A stretch of 64,000 bases of DNA from Candidatus Nealsonbacteria bacterium (GCA_047456305.1 CP179888.1:509307-573306), one strand, 5' to 3'; positions 43,976-52,524 are shown, counted from the stretch's first letter. Notes: a model not told the origin generated them from the letters alone. A program made the numbers and translations.

Positions 43976-44557
43976 TTGTTCAAAATTATGGCTGAAGAAA
44001 CAAAAAAAGAAGCTGTTAAAGAAACAAAGGAGGAACCGAAAGAAGAAAAAAAAGAAGAACCTAAAGAAGAGAAAAAAGAAGAAGAGCCAAAAGCTGAAGA
44101 GAAAGAAAAGGAAAAACCTTCTTTAACTGAAGCTCCAGAAAAAAAGGAAGAGAAACCGATAAAGGTTCCAAAGAAGTTTAAAGAACTGGTTGAGGAAATT
44201 GAAAAAATGTCTGTTCTAGACTTGGCGGAATTGGTGAAGGTTTTAGAGAAGAAATTTGGAGTTTCAGCTCAAGCTCCGGTTGCAACTCCGGTAGCTCCAG
44301 CTGAAGGAGTTCCAGCAGGAGGAGAAGTCGAAGAAAAGAGTGTTTTTAATATTGAACTGAAAGAGGTTGGTGAAAAAAAGATTGAGGTAATTAAAACGGT
44401 CCGGGATATTACCCAGAAAGGCTTAAAAGAAGCCAAAGATTTGGTAGATGCAGTAGCTACTGGTCCTCAGATGGTTAAGGAAAATGTCAAAAAGGAAGAA
44501 GCTGAAGAATTAAAGAAAAAATTCGAAGAGGCCGGCGCAAAAGTAGAGCTAAAATAG
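43976..44557 (+). CDS. rplL: Ribosomal protein bL12 with a ~60-aa K/E-rich N-terminal extension
   Basis: The conserved part starts at [31 protein letters not shown] and the C-terminal domain ends in GAKVELK. There is no in-frame ATG between 43988 and the conserved domain. Alternative start at 43988. Confidence 0.85.
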   Translation: MFKIMAEETKKEAVKETKEEPKEEKKEEPKEEKKEEEPKAEEKEKEKPSLTEAPEKKEEKPIKVPKKFKELVEEIEKMSVLDLAELVKVLEKKFGVSAQAPVATPVAPAEGVPAGGEVEEKSVFNIELKEVGEKKIEVIKTVRDITQKGLKEAKDLVDAVATGPQMVKENVKKEEAEELKKKFEEAGAKVELK

Positions 44558-44609
44558 GATAAAAGGTAGGACATTGGAGAGTTGACAAGGATTTTTGATT
44601 TGTTAAACT
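44555..44609 (+). promoter_or_regulatory. Promoter A: TAGGAYA direct repeats plus TTGACAAGG -35 and TAAACT -10
   Basis: taggata (44555), taggaca (44567), TTGACA (44582-44587), 16-nt spacer, TAAACT (44604-44609). Paralogous to 45243-45308 and 59636-59664. Confidence 0.45.
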
Positions 44610-44679
44610 CAAATTCATAAAGGCAAGGATAAACTTCCAACTTTTTGTATTTTAGCAATAGAATAATAGAGGAGGAGAG

Positions 44680-45093
44680 ATGGAAAAAATCAGAGTGATA
44701 ATTGCTTCTGATAAAGATAGAGTTGGCTTAAGGTCTACACTTAAGAAGTGGTTAGAGCAAAATAATAATCTTGAGGTGATTCTTTTAAGTAGATTGAAAA
44801 TTTCTCGGATTAGAGGAGAAATTAAACCAAAAAATCCTACTTTAGTTTTTATTACCGCTTCCTTATATACTTCCGAAGAGTTTAATGAACTTTGTGGTTT
44901 TGTTAAAAAACTTAGAAAACATCTCCCCAAAACTAATATCATTGTTAACACTCCTCGACTTTCTGAAGAAAAAAGGGGAAAGCTCTTTGAAGGAGGTGCC
45001 GATGATTGGATTGATGATAGGCTTGATTATCCTTTTTTAGGTAGAGCCGTAGAAGCTATAGTAAAAAAGAAAGAGATTCCTCACTTATCGTAG
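44680..45093 (+). CDS. Stand-alone CheY-like receiver-fold protein lacking the canonical phospho-acceptor Asp (pseudo-receiver)
   Basis: 137 aa. Beta1 IRVIIASDKD. Beta3 TLVFITAS, where DxxMP is expected. Beta5 region GGADDWIDDRLD in place of GAxDYxxKP. No output domain. Confidence 0.5.
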   Translation: MEKIRVIIASDKDRVGLRSTLKKWLEQNNNLEVILLSRLKISRIRGEIKPKNPTLVFITASLYTSEEFNELCGFVKKLRKHLPKTNIIVNTPRLSEEKRGKLFEGGADDWIDDRLDYPFLGRAVEAIVKKKEIPHLS

Positions 45094-45104
45094 GCAATAA
45101 TTAA

Positions 45105-45142
45105 AAAAACCGGTTAAGAAACTCTTTTCTTGCCGGTTTTTT
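45105..45142 (+). terminator. Intrinsic terminator
   Basis: accggttaagaa ... ttcttgccggt stem followed by a T-run. Confidence 0.6.
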
Positions 45143-45242
45143 AATTTTTTATTGGTCTTTTATTTTTTGCTTTGAAAATCTAAAAAGAGTTGTGGCATAA
45201 AAATGGCAAAGAACTTTTAAGAATCTTCCAGGTCTAAGGGGG

Positions 45243-45308
45243 TAGGACACAAGTAGGATATAGGTAGGACATTAAGGATTTGACAAGGTTCCTTGGGTTT
45301 GCTAAATT
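45243..45308 (+). promoter_or_regulatory. Promoter B: three TAGGAYA repeats at 11-bp spacing plus TTGACAAGG -35 and TAAATT -10
   Basis: taggaca (45243), taggata (45254), taggaca (45265), TTGACA (45280-45285), 17-nt spacer, TAAATT (45303-45308). The last repeat is 15 bp from the -35, as in promoter A. Confidence 0.45.
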
Positions 45309-45314
45309 CAAAGT

Positions 45315-45402
45315 AGAAGATTTATAACCACCGTGGAGGGCGGATTACGGAATTTTCACTCTAAATCAGGATAAGGGGGTGACTTGAGGCGGTGGTTTTT
45401 TT
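45315..45402 (+). ncRNA. Candidate short transcript or attenuated leader (~85 nt) from promoter B
   Basis: aaccaccg (45326-45333) pairs with cggtggtt (45390-45397) and is followed by a run of seven Ts. No ORF. Confidence 0.3.
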
Positions 45403-45435
45403 GTTAGCTGTGAAGAACTTGTGGAGAACTTAAAC

Positions 45436-45464
45436 TTGACTTTTCTTTTGATATTAAGTATTAT
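45436..45464 (+). promoter_or_regulatory. Sigma70-like promoter upstream of the TasA-like operon leader
   Basis: TTGACT (45436-45441), 17-nt spacer, TATTAT (45459-45464). Confidence 0.4.
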
Positions 45465-45614
45465 AATAACATTCATCTTAAAGCGAAATTTATAATTTAT
45501 GCCACAAGAAGTTTTTAGCGAAAATTTAATTAAGAACTTCTGGAAAGAAAGTTTGTATTGTTTTTGCGGAGTGTAAACTTCGCTTTTTTATTTATTAGAA
45601 AAGCGAAATCTGGA

Positions 45615-45729
45615 CTCCACAATAAAAAATAACGGAGGGTTCCAGTGGGGAGTTGAGCTTCCTCTAAAAAAGAGGGAGCGAGAGCTCCCTCGATGGGGAG
45701 CTGAGCTCCCGATGGATAAAATTGTGGAG
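45615..45729 (+). promoter_or_regulatory. Closed multi-hairpin RNA domain / triple GGGAGC-N-GCTCCC palindrome array in the operon leader
   Basis: ctccacaat (45615) pairs with attgtggag (45721). Inside are three related units: ggggagttgagcttcc (45647), gggagcgagagctccc (45674) and ggggagctgagctccc (45695). Confidence 0.4.
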
Positions 45730-45798
45730 GCCTACAAAGGTCGGCCTAACGTGAGGTAAAACACGAAAAAAAAATTAATTAACAGTAATTAAAAAACT

Positions 45799-47169
45799 AT
45801 GAAAAAAATACTTATTAGTTTGGCGATTATTGGCGTAGTTGCTGGAATTACATTTGGAATTACCGGTGCTTTTTGGACCGACAAGGGGACTAGCACAAAT
45901 CAATCTTTTGTATCTGGCAATTTGAATCTAAGGCTATCTAACGATGGCAGTAGTTGGGGTGATAATGTAAGCAATACTTGGAATGTAGATAAAATGGTTC
46001 CGGGTGGCACTCCTTATGAATCAACTCTGTATATGAAAAATACTGGTTCGGTAAATGCTGATTATCTTAAGTTTACTCTTGTAAACAGTGGTACGACTAA
46101 CATGGATAAAGTAATGAGAATTACTGAATTAAAATATAAAGGTGAAAGCTTACTTACCGGTGGAGCAGGCGCTGATTTGAGCAGTTATGAGCCACCAACC
46201 AATTGTACTGTTACAACTAGTCATATAAACCAAGCGATTGATTCAGCAAGCGAAGGTGATGTAATTTGCGTTGTACCAGGTAATTATACTTATGATTATG
46301 AAAACGGCGTAGTTGATGTGGATCAAAACGGAGTAACTATAGCTTCAACTGAAGGACCGGATAAAACTACTATCAGCGCAGGGATTCAGATTAGTGTTGA
46401 TGGGGTAACTGTAAAAGGATTTAAGATTGTACCATCTCCAGTTCTTGGCGAAGAATCGGGGGTTTACCTTATGCCTGTTTTAAGCAATATCACAGTGTCT
46501 GATAACATGATTGAAGGGCAAGGAAGCGGCAGAGGTGTTTTATTGGGACTGCATGGTTCTGGCGCGGCTTACAACAGTGTAAGTATAGAAAATAATGTAA
46601 TCCATGATTTGGGAACTGGCATATACACGAATTCTCACACTGGAATTATTGACATACAGTACAATACATTCGTCGATTGTACTGCAGGCATTGGTGGAGC
46701 AAACAATGCTAATGTGAAATACAACAAGTTCGATTGGGACGGAGAAGCAATAGGTTTAGATGACTTAGTAAGCCCTAGAAAACTAGTGATTAAATACAAC
46801 AACTTCCTTGGCGGTGCAGCAGTAAACAACTATGGAAATAACGGTCAGGATGCCACCAACAACTGGTGGGGTGATTTTGACCCATCAGACCAGGTTAGTG
46901 GTAAAGTAAATTACACGTCTTATGCCGGTGGTCCGTTTATTGGTTTTATTAATGGACAAGACCCCTATGCTAACGGTTTTGCTGACTTGGATGATTTTGA
47001 ACGCTCAATAATTGTTGTTGAAAATCCAGATTTGCTACCAAACAGTAGCACTTATCACACCTTAAAGATGGGTGTTCAGCTTGATGGTCCCACTACCAGT
47101 AATCATTATATGGGCGGTACTGTAGGTATGAATATGACCGTGACCATGGGACAAGGTCCTGCTGAGTAA
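45799..47169 (+). CDS. TasA/camelysin-family secreted protein with a nested right-handed beta-helix domain
   Basis: 456 aa. SipW-type signal and N-strand GAFWTDKGTSTNQSFVSGNLNL (compare TasA AAFNDIKSKDATFASGTLDL). PGG...LYMKNTGS. Beta-helix repeats (VTIASTEGPDKTTISAGIQISVDGVTVKGFKI, IENNVIHD). C-strand NHYMGGTVGMNMTVTMGQ (compare TasA NKYQGNSIKLQFSFEATQ). Confidence 0.75.
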   Translation: MKKILISLAIIGVVAGITFGITGAFWTDKGTSTNQSFVSGNLNLRLSNDGSSWGDNVSNTWNVDKMVPGGTPYESTLYMKNTGSVNADYLKFTLVNSGTTNMDKVMRITELKYKGESLLTGGAGADLSSYEPPTNCTVTTSHINQAIDSASEGDVICVVPGNYTYDYENGVVDVDQNGVTIASTEGPDKTTISAGIQISVDGVTVKGFKIVPSPVLGEESGVYLMPVLSNITVSDNMIEGQGSGRGVLLGLHGSGAAYNSVSIENNVIHDLGTGIYTNSHTGIIDIQYNTFVDCTAGIGGANNANVKYNKFDWDGEAIGLDDLVSPRKLVIKYNNFLGGAAVNNYGNNGQDATNNWWGDFDPSDQVSGKVNYTSYAGGPFIGFINGQDPYANGFADLDDFERSIIVVENPDLLPNSSTYHTLKMGVQLDGPTTSNHYMGGTVGMNMTVTMGQGPAE

Positions 47170-47300
47170 ACCTTGATTAGTAGAATTGAACTCTTTTAGG
47201 TTGCCCTTTGCCCTTCCGAAGCCTTTGGCGAAGGAGGGTCAGCGGTCATCCTTGTACGCAAATTGGGGCAACCAATAAAGGTTTTGATTTTAGTTTTGCT

Positions 47301-47831
47301 ATGGATTTTAAGAAAATCAATATCAAAAAAGCAAAAAAGATTTCTTATTGGGTAGTTTTGGGATTTCTGTTGGTAGTTTTGATTTTTATTTTATTCCCGC
47401 TCTTGCCGATTGATAATAATTATTCCCTAAAAATGGTTTTATCCGGTTCAATGAGCCCGGCAATTAAAACCGGCAGTATTGTAGCCGTAAAGCCAGCATC
47501 GTCTTATAATATCGGAGATGTAATAACTTTTAAAAAAGGCCAGGGGGAAAGAGAGATAGTTACCCACCGGATAATAGGTCAAACGGAACAAGGTTTTATT
47601 ACTCAAGGGGATGCCAACAATGTATTTGATGCGAATCCGGTCAAAGAAGAAGCTATTTTAGGAAAAGTGATTTTGACCATCCCTTACGCTGCTTATGCGG
47701 CTAATTCTGCTCGTTCAAAATTCGGACTTATTTTATTAATTCTAATTCCGGCTTTATTAATTATCGGAGGCGAAGCTCGTAAAATTTTCCAAGAAGTTCA
47801 AAAAATGCAACAAAAGAAAAGGGAAGCATGA
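47301..47831 (+). CDS. Signal peptidase I, archaeal/eukaryotic type (S26B, SipW-like)
   Basis: Start at MDFKKINIKK (47301). N-terminal TM, catalytic Ser in LSGSMSP, His in VTHRIIG, GDANN, and a C-terminal TM. The upstream part of the ORF-track ORF (47208-47300) is repeat sequence. Confidence 0.85.
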   Translation: MDFKKINIKKAKKISYWVVLGFLLVVLIFILFPLLPIDNNYSLKMVLSGSMSPAIKTGSIVAVKPASSYNIGDVITFKKGQGEREIVTHRIIGQTEQGFITQGDANNVFDANPVKEEAILGKVILTIPYAAYAANSARSKFGLILLILIPALLIIGGEARKIFQEVQKMQQKKREA

Positions 47832-49090
47832 TTAAAAAATCTTTATTAAAAATTGTTTGTTTATTAATAATTATTGGTCTTAACTGGACCGGGCTTTTGG
47901 CTGTTGGCGAAACCTTTGCTTTTTTCTCTGATAGCAAGGATTCTAATGCTAATACTTTTACAGCTGCCACTTTATATCTCTCTTTAAGATCTGGCCAGGG
48001 TAATTTCGTTCCTCCAGAAATTGCAAATGATATGGATCCTGGAGAATCAGTTGCTCGCGATATCTATATTAAAAAAGAGGATAGTTTGGCATTTCAATAT
48101 AATGCTCATTCAGAGCCAGTTTCCGGTTCTTGTGATTTAAATTTCTATAATATTTTAGAGCTAAAAGTTTGGTACAACTGGTATGAAGCTGAACCAGGTC
48201 TTTCGCCAGAGCACCTTCAATATCGTCATATGGATTTGAAGTACGATGGATTACTGAAAGATTTTAATTTGAGAAACCTTAACCAAACTGATCCTGATCT
48301 ACGAATTCCTAATTCTCATACTTATTATAGTAATGTTTTTTACGGGCCAGACGAACATTGGCTTTATTTCCAAATTACTCTGCCATCAACTTGGACAGAG
48401 AATAACAAATTTTGTAACTTCAAATTTGTTTTTGATGGCTGGCAAGATAATATAGAGAATTATGGCGATGGCGGGTTTACCGACAAAGAAGAAATTTATA
48501 GCACTTTAATTGATAGCGTGTTTATTGAAGAAGAAGAATTAGTCACGGAAGATGAGGAATTAGATTCTGAAGAAGTTATCGAAAACGCCGCTGAGGAAAT
48601 CCCGGTTATTGAAGAAGAACCAACCGAGGAAGAAGAAAATCCTCCAGTCGAAGAAGAACCTTCAATAACAGAAGAAGAAGAACCACCACCTACTGAAGAA
48701 GAACCACCTACTGAAGAAAATCAAGAGCAAGGAGGAATAATAGAAGAAATAAATGAAATAATTGATGAGGTAATTGATGAAATAGTTGAAGAAATAATGC
48801 CAGATGAAGAAATAGGGGATGAGGTAGTTTCAGAAGCAGAAGCTCCAATTATTGACGAGGCCCTAATCATTGAGGAGGCGTCCGCAGATGAAATTCCGGC
48901 AGTTGATGAACAACCAGCTACTGTGCCCGATGACAGTTCTTCTACCCAAGATGGGGTTGGAGAAAATAGCAGCGATGGAGGAAGTGGCGATGGAGGAGAT
49001 GGTGATACCAGCGGTAGTTTAGATAGTAGTGGGCCAGCTGAGGGAGCTAGTGAGGGTTCCAGTGAAACCGGAGATAGTGTAAGCGAGTAA
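47828..49090 (+). CDS. TasA/camelysin-family secreted protein with a long acidic E/P/T-rich C-terminal tail
   Basis: 420 aa. Signal and N-strand GETFAFFSDSKDSNANTFTAATLYL, DPGESVARDIYIKK, C-strand NNKFCNFKFVFDGWQ, then about 190 aa of D/E/P/S low complexity (48524-49087). Confidence 0.7.
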   Translation: MIKKSLLKIVCLLIIIGLNWTGLLAVGETFAFFSDSKDSNANTFTAATLYLSLRSGQGNFVPPEIANDMDPGESVARDIYIKKEDSLAFQYNAHSEPVSGSCDLNFYNILELKVWYNWYEAEPGLSPEHLQYRHMDLKYDGLLKDFNLRNLNQTDPDLRIPNSHTYYSNVFYGPDEHWLYFQITLPSTWTENNKFCNFKFVFDGWQDNIENYGDGGFTDKEEIYSTLIDSVFIEEEELVTEDEELDSEEVIENAAEEIPVIEEEPTEEEENPPVEEEPSITEEEEPPPTEEEPPTEENQEQGGIIEEINEIIDEVIDEIVEEIMPDEEIGDEVVSEAEAPIIDEALIIEEASADEIPAVDEQPATVPDDSSSTQDGVGENSSDGGSGDGGDGDTSGSLDSSGPAEGASEGSSETGDSVSE

Positions 49091-49103
49091 TGAATTAAAA
49101 ATT

Positions 49104-50228
49104 ATGAGTAAAGCATTTAAAACAATTTTAATCATTTCAATTATTGTTTTTGGCGGTAGCTTTTTATTGATTAATTCGGCACAGGCAGGAGTGTTTTGGT
49201 TTAGGGACAAAAATATCAGTATAGATTTTGATGAGCTCCCTTTTGATTTGACTAATTTTGCACCGGGGATGAGTGATGTAAAAAGCATCATCATAAAAAA
49301 TAATGAAAATTTTGATATCAATGTTTACTTTGGAGCAAAAAAAACATCAGGCGACGATGTTTTAGCCAATGTCTTGACCATTACTATTGGTGATAAATCA
49401 AATCATTTATCGGATTTATTCAATAATGATATAGCTCTTACTCCAGTCAATTCTGGGAAATCCCAGAACTATAATATTGCTCTAAGTTTTGATGAAGATG
49501 CCGGGAATGAGTGTCAAGGTAAAACTATAAATTTTGATTTTATCATTACTGCTGAACAAATAGGAAAAGGTAATGGAGAGATACCACCAGTAGATATTCC
49601 CGGCGGAGGAGGTGGTAGGGCTTTATTAACCATTCAAAAGGGCTCGGTGAGGATACCAGAGATTGGAGAAACCAGTGTGACTATTACCTGGTTAACTTCT
49701 TATTCTTCCACCAGTCAGGTGATTTATGCTGCTGCCGGTGAAACATATAGTTTTGATTTAACTAAAACTAACTATGGTTATCCTCACGCGGCTCCTGTTC
49801 CTGAAGATTCAACAAAAGTCACTTTTCATTCCGTGACGATTACTGGTCTTACTCCCGGTACTACTTATTATTATCGAACAGTCTCTCATGGTTCATTGGC
49901 AATTAGTGATGAATATAGGTTTACAACCAAAGGCATAGCAGGAGGAGTAGTAGAAGAAAAAGAAGAGGAAAAAATGGAAGAAATAAAAAAACCTCTTGGG
50001 GAGGTTGAGGGGGAATTAGAGGAAAAAATACCACCTGAGGAAGAAATTAAAGAAGAAATGCCAAAAGAAGAAAAAAGAGCTTTGGGAGAGATATTTGCCA
50101 CCGAGGGATTATTAGCGGCAATTGGTGCTATGTCCTTTAATCTGAAAGTAATTTTAATTATAGGCGGAATTGTTATAATTGGATTGATTATCTTGCGGAT
50201 AATTAGAAAGCGAAAAATTAAAAGTTAA
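49104..50228 (+). CDS. TasA-like protein with an FN3-like module and a C-terminal membrane anchor
   Basis: 374 aa. Signal LINSAQAGVFWFRDK, APGMSDVKSIIIKNN, C-strand NECQGKTINFDFIITAEQ, FN3-like VTITWLTSYSSTSQVIY...TPGTTYYYRT, E/K linker, TM ILIIGGIVIIGLIIL and an RIIRKRKIKS tail. Confidence 0.65.
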   Translation: MSKAFKTILIISIIVFGGSFLLINSAQAGVFWFRDKNISIDFDELPFDLTNFAPGMSDVKSIIIKNNENFDINVYFGAKKTSGDDVLANVLTITIGDKSNHLSDLFNNDIALTPVNSGKSQNYNIALSFDEDAGNECQGKTINFDFIITAEQIGKGNGEIPPVDIPGGGGGRALLTIQKGSVRIPEIGETSVTITWLTSYSSTSQVIYAAAGETYSFDLTKTNYGYPHAAPVPEDSTKVTFHSVTITGLTPGTTYYYRTVSHGSLAISDEYRFTTKGIAGGVVEEKEEEKMEEIKKPLGEVEGELEEKIPPEEEIKEEMPKEEKRALGEIFATEGLLAAIGAMSFNLKVILIIGGIVIIGLIILRIIRKRKIKS

Positions 50229-52392
50229 TCTGGTATACTTTTAAACCGTTCAAAAGATAGATTATCTTCCCGTTATCAGAGACTGCAAAATCTTTTAGAT
50301 TGTCAAATTTTTCACTTTGGAATTGCTTGATAATTTTGCCAGTTTTGTCTAAAACAATTATTCGGTTCTGAATTGGTTCTAAAATATAAAGATAGGGAAG
50401 ATTTGGCAAAGCAATAATTTTATAAAGTTTTTTTGGATAAGGAAAAAAGTCCAGGCTTAAATCCTTTTGATGTTGACCACCATAATATCGCGAAATCGTG
50501 TTATTTTCTTTCAAAATCCAAATTGAACCATCTACAGCTATAGATTTGCTATCTGTGGCTTTTTTAGTTTCGGAACTTAACCAAAACTGAGGAGAATCTT
50601 TACCTTCTTCTAAAGGGGCAGTATATTTGATAATTTCGCCCTTTTCTGAATCTAAAAAATAAAGATTTATCCGAAACGAAGAAAAATCACTGAAATCAAA
50701 AACCCGAGCCGCAGCGAAGGGTAAAGAAGAGGATTTATCCTCTTCGCCTTCAGGATAAGGTTGTTTCAAAGAGAGGGATTCACCAAATTGACCATTTTTA
50801 AAAGTGGCTATTTTATCTGGTTTTGAAAAAAATAAGATAGCGTCATCAAGGGAGGCGGCTAAATTGAATTTTTGATCAGTTTGAATAAGACTGCCTTCGC
50901 TTCTCTCATTTATTTTAAATAGATTCTGAGAGTAAGGACTAAAAAAATAAAGGTCTTGCTGAGAAATAACCATTTTTTGGGGAATAAGGTCTTCTGAATT
51001 AAATTCAAAAATAAGTTTAGGGTCAGTAATTTTTTCTAATTTGTTTAGATTTTTAAGATGTTCTTCAATAGATTCTTTTAAAGAAGTCGCCTCGTTTTTT
51101 AATTTCCCCTCTTTTGTAGTTAGTGGTAAAATTTCCTGCCAGCTTTCCTTAAATAAAATATTGGCTTTTTCTTCTTCTTTAAAAATTAAAAAATTTTCTG
51201 CTTGATTTATTTTCTCTTGAACTTCATTTAAGACAGCTCTTTGCTTTTTTAATTGCTGTTTTTCTTCTTTCTGAAATATAAAAAATCCTATCAAGAGAAC
51301 AAGAGCTAAAACTAGAACTGAAATTAGGCCTTTCTTTAAATTTTCAGTAATTTTAATTTTTGCTTTGAGATTTGAAGTAGTTGGAAGCTGGAGATGAGGA
51401 ATTTTGATTTTTTTTGTTTTTAATTTAAATTTTAATTGGAGAAGGTGAAAAACATTTTTCACTTTATAAACTAGGCCGCTCAGCTTTTTCTTTAATTTTT
51501 TCGCAATTAAAGTGGCGATGGAGGATAGAAGCTTCTTTAAAATTAGACCAACCTTTACCAATAATCTGATTAGCGGAGAAAGAGCCTCTCTTATTGAGAA
51601 TTTTTCTACTTCTTTTTGGAAAGTAACAATTTTTGGTTTTTCTAAGTGGCCTTCTGCTAAAACTTCTGATAGGTCAATAAAAAGACAAACCCCTGAGATT
51701 TCTGAAAGTCTTTTTTCTTTGGCTTTTAAAATTTCTCTTAATTTTTTCTCGTCAAAAGAGGGCTCTTTAACGAATTTAGTTAATAAACTTTCTGATGAGA
51801 AAAGTTCTTCGCCTTTGTTTGCCTTTTGACGAGTTTTCCCGCCTTCAGCGAGGGCTTCGGCGAAAACAGTAAAAACCTCTTTGGTTAATACCAAAATTTT
51901 ATCATTGACATCCAATTTTCCAGAAACAATATTGATAAATATTTTTAAAGGGTAAGGTTCAATATCTTGAAGGTCGAGATTTTTCCCAATGTCTATTATT
52001 TTACCAGCTCTTAGCAGTAAAATTTTAATATCTCCAACTTTAGTAAAATTTAAATCAAAATTTTTGAGAGACAAAACGGCAAAATTTAAATTTCCTAGCC
52101 AACTAACATTTTCCTTTGAAACCTCACCAGCTAAAAATTCATTTATTTTTTTTAGACCTTCTTTAAAAGATTGTTCTGGTGTTTGAAGAGGCAGGGCATA
52201 GTATCTTCCTTTTATGACTTGAGCTATATTATCCAAAAGCCGGGAATTTTGGGGCAGGGTATTGCGAAGCTCTCCTACCATATAGAGACTTCCCAGTCTT
52301 TTTTCATAAATATTTTCTGGTTCATAACAAAAACTATCAAAGATTAAATCTTCTTTCGCTTCAGGGTTAAAATGTAATTCAAAAATTCGCAT
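50218..52392 (-). CDS. Hypothetical bitopic membrane protein (cytoplasmic N-domain, one TM, beta-rich extracytoplasmic C-domain)
   Basis: 724 aa. TM LISVLVLALVLLIGFFIF. The C-terminal half is rich in short beta-strand repeats. Carries an in-frame mini-element. Its 3' end overlaps the convergent 49104-50228 gene by 11 nt. Confidence 0.6.
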   Translation of the reverse strand: MRIFELHFNPEAKEDLIFDSFCYEPENIYEKRLGSLYMVGELRNTLPQNSRLLDNIAQVIKGRYYALPLQTPEQSFKEGLKKINEFLAGEVSKENVSWLGNLNFAVLSLKNFDLNFTKVGDIKILLLRAGKIIDIGKNLDLQDIEPYPLKIFINIVSGKLDVNDKILVLTKEVFTVFAEALAEGGKTRQKANKGEELFSSESLLTKFVKEPSFDEKKLREILKAKEKRLSEISGVCLFIDLSEVLAEGHLEKPKIVTFQKEVEKFSIREALSPLIRLLVKVGLILKKLLSSIATLIAKKLKKKLSGLVYKVKNVFHLLQLKFKLKTKKIKIPHLQLPTTSNLKAKIKITENLKKGLISVLVLALVLLIGFFIFQKEEKQQLKKQRAVLNEVQEKINQAENFLIFKEEEKANILFKESWQEILPLTTKEGKLKNEATSLKESIEEHLKNLNKLEKITDPKLIFEFNSEDLIPQKMVISQQDLYFFSPYSQNLFKINERSEGSLIQTDQKFNLAASLDDAILFFSKPDKIATFKNGQFGESLSLKQPYPEGEEDKSSSLPFAAARVFDFSDFSSFRINLYFLDSEKGEIIKYTAPLEEGKDSPQFWLSSETKKATDSKSIAVDGSIWILKENNTISRYYGGQHQKDLSLDFFPYPKKLYKIIALPNLPYLYILEPIQNRIIVLDKTGKIIKQFQSEKFDNLKDFAVSDNGKIIYLLNGLKVYQINF
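50702..50748 (-). repeat. Nested-hairpin mini-element inside the 724-aa gene (forward relative to the gene)
   Basis: Gene-sense ggcgaagagga-taaa-tcctcttc-tttacccttcgctgcggctcgggt encodes GEEDKSSSLPFAAARV. Confidence 0.85.
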
Positions 52393-52524
52393 ATTTAGTT
52401 TATTGTAAAATTTTTTGAGTCAAAAAACAAACACTTGATTTTTTACTTATATTTAGTATACTTTAAATTAGAGTTGGTATTAAAGTTTTTTTACAAAATA
52501 ATAAAAAATTGAAAGATTGAAAGG

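Noticed and set aside
13384-47300. Long N-terminal extensions suggested by the ORF track for tmk (13384), gatB (14625), miaB (19733), the Kazal-like protein (21184), trmD (32856), the ABC ATPase (38278), the mini-M50 (31581) and SipW (47208).
   Set aside because: The extensions overlap the preceding gene or repeat sequence and precede the conserved N-termini. Internal ATGs placed right after the upstream stop, or after an RBS, fit better.
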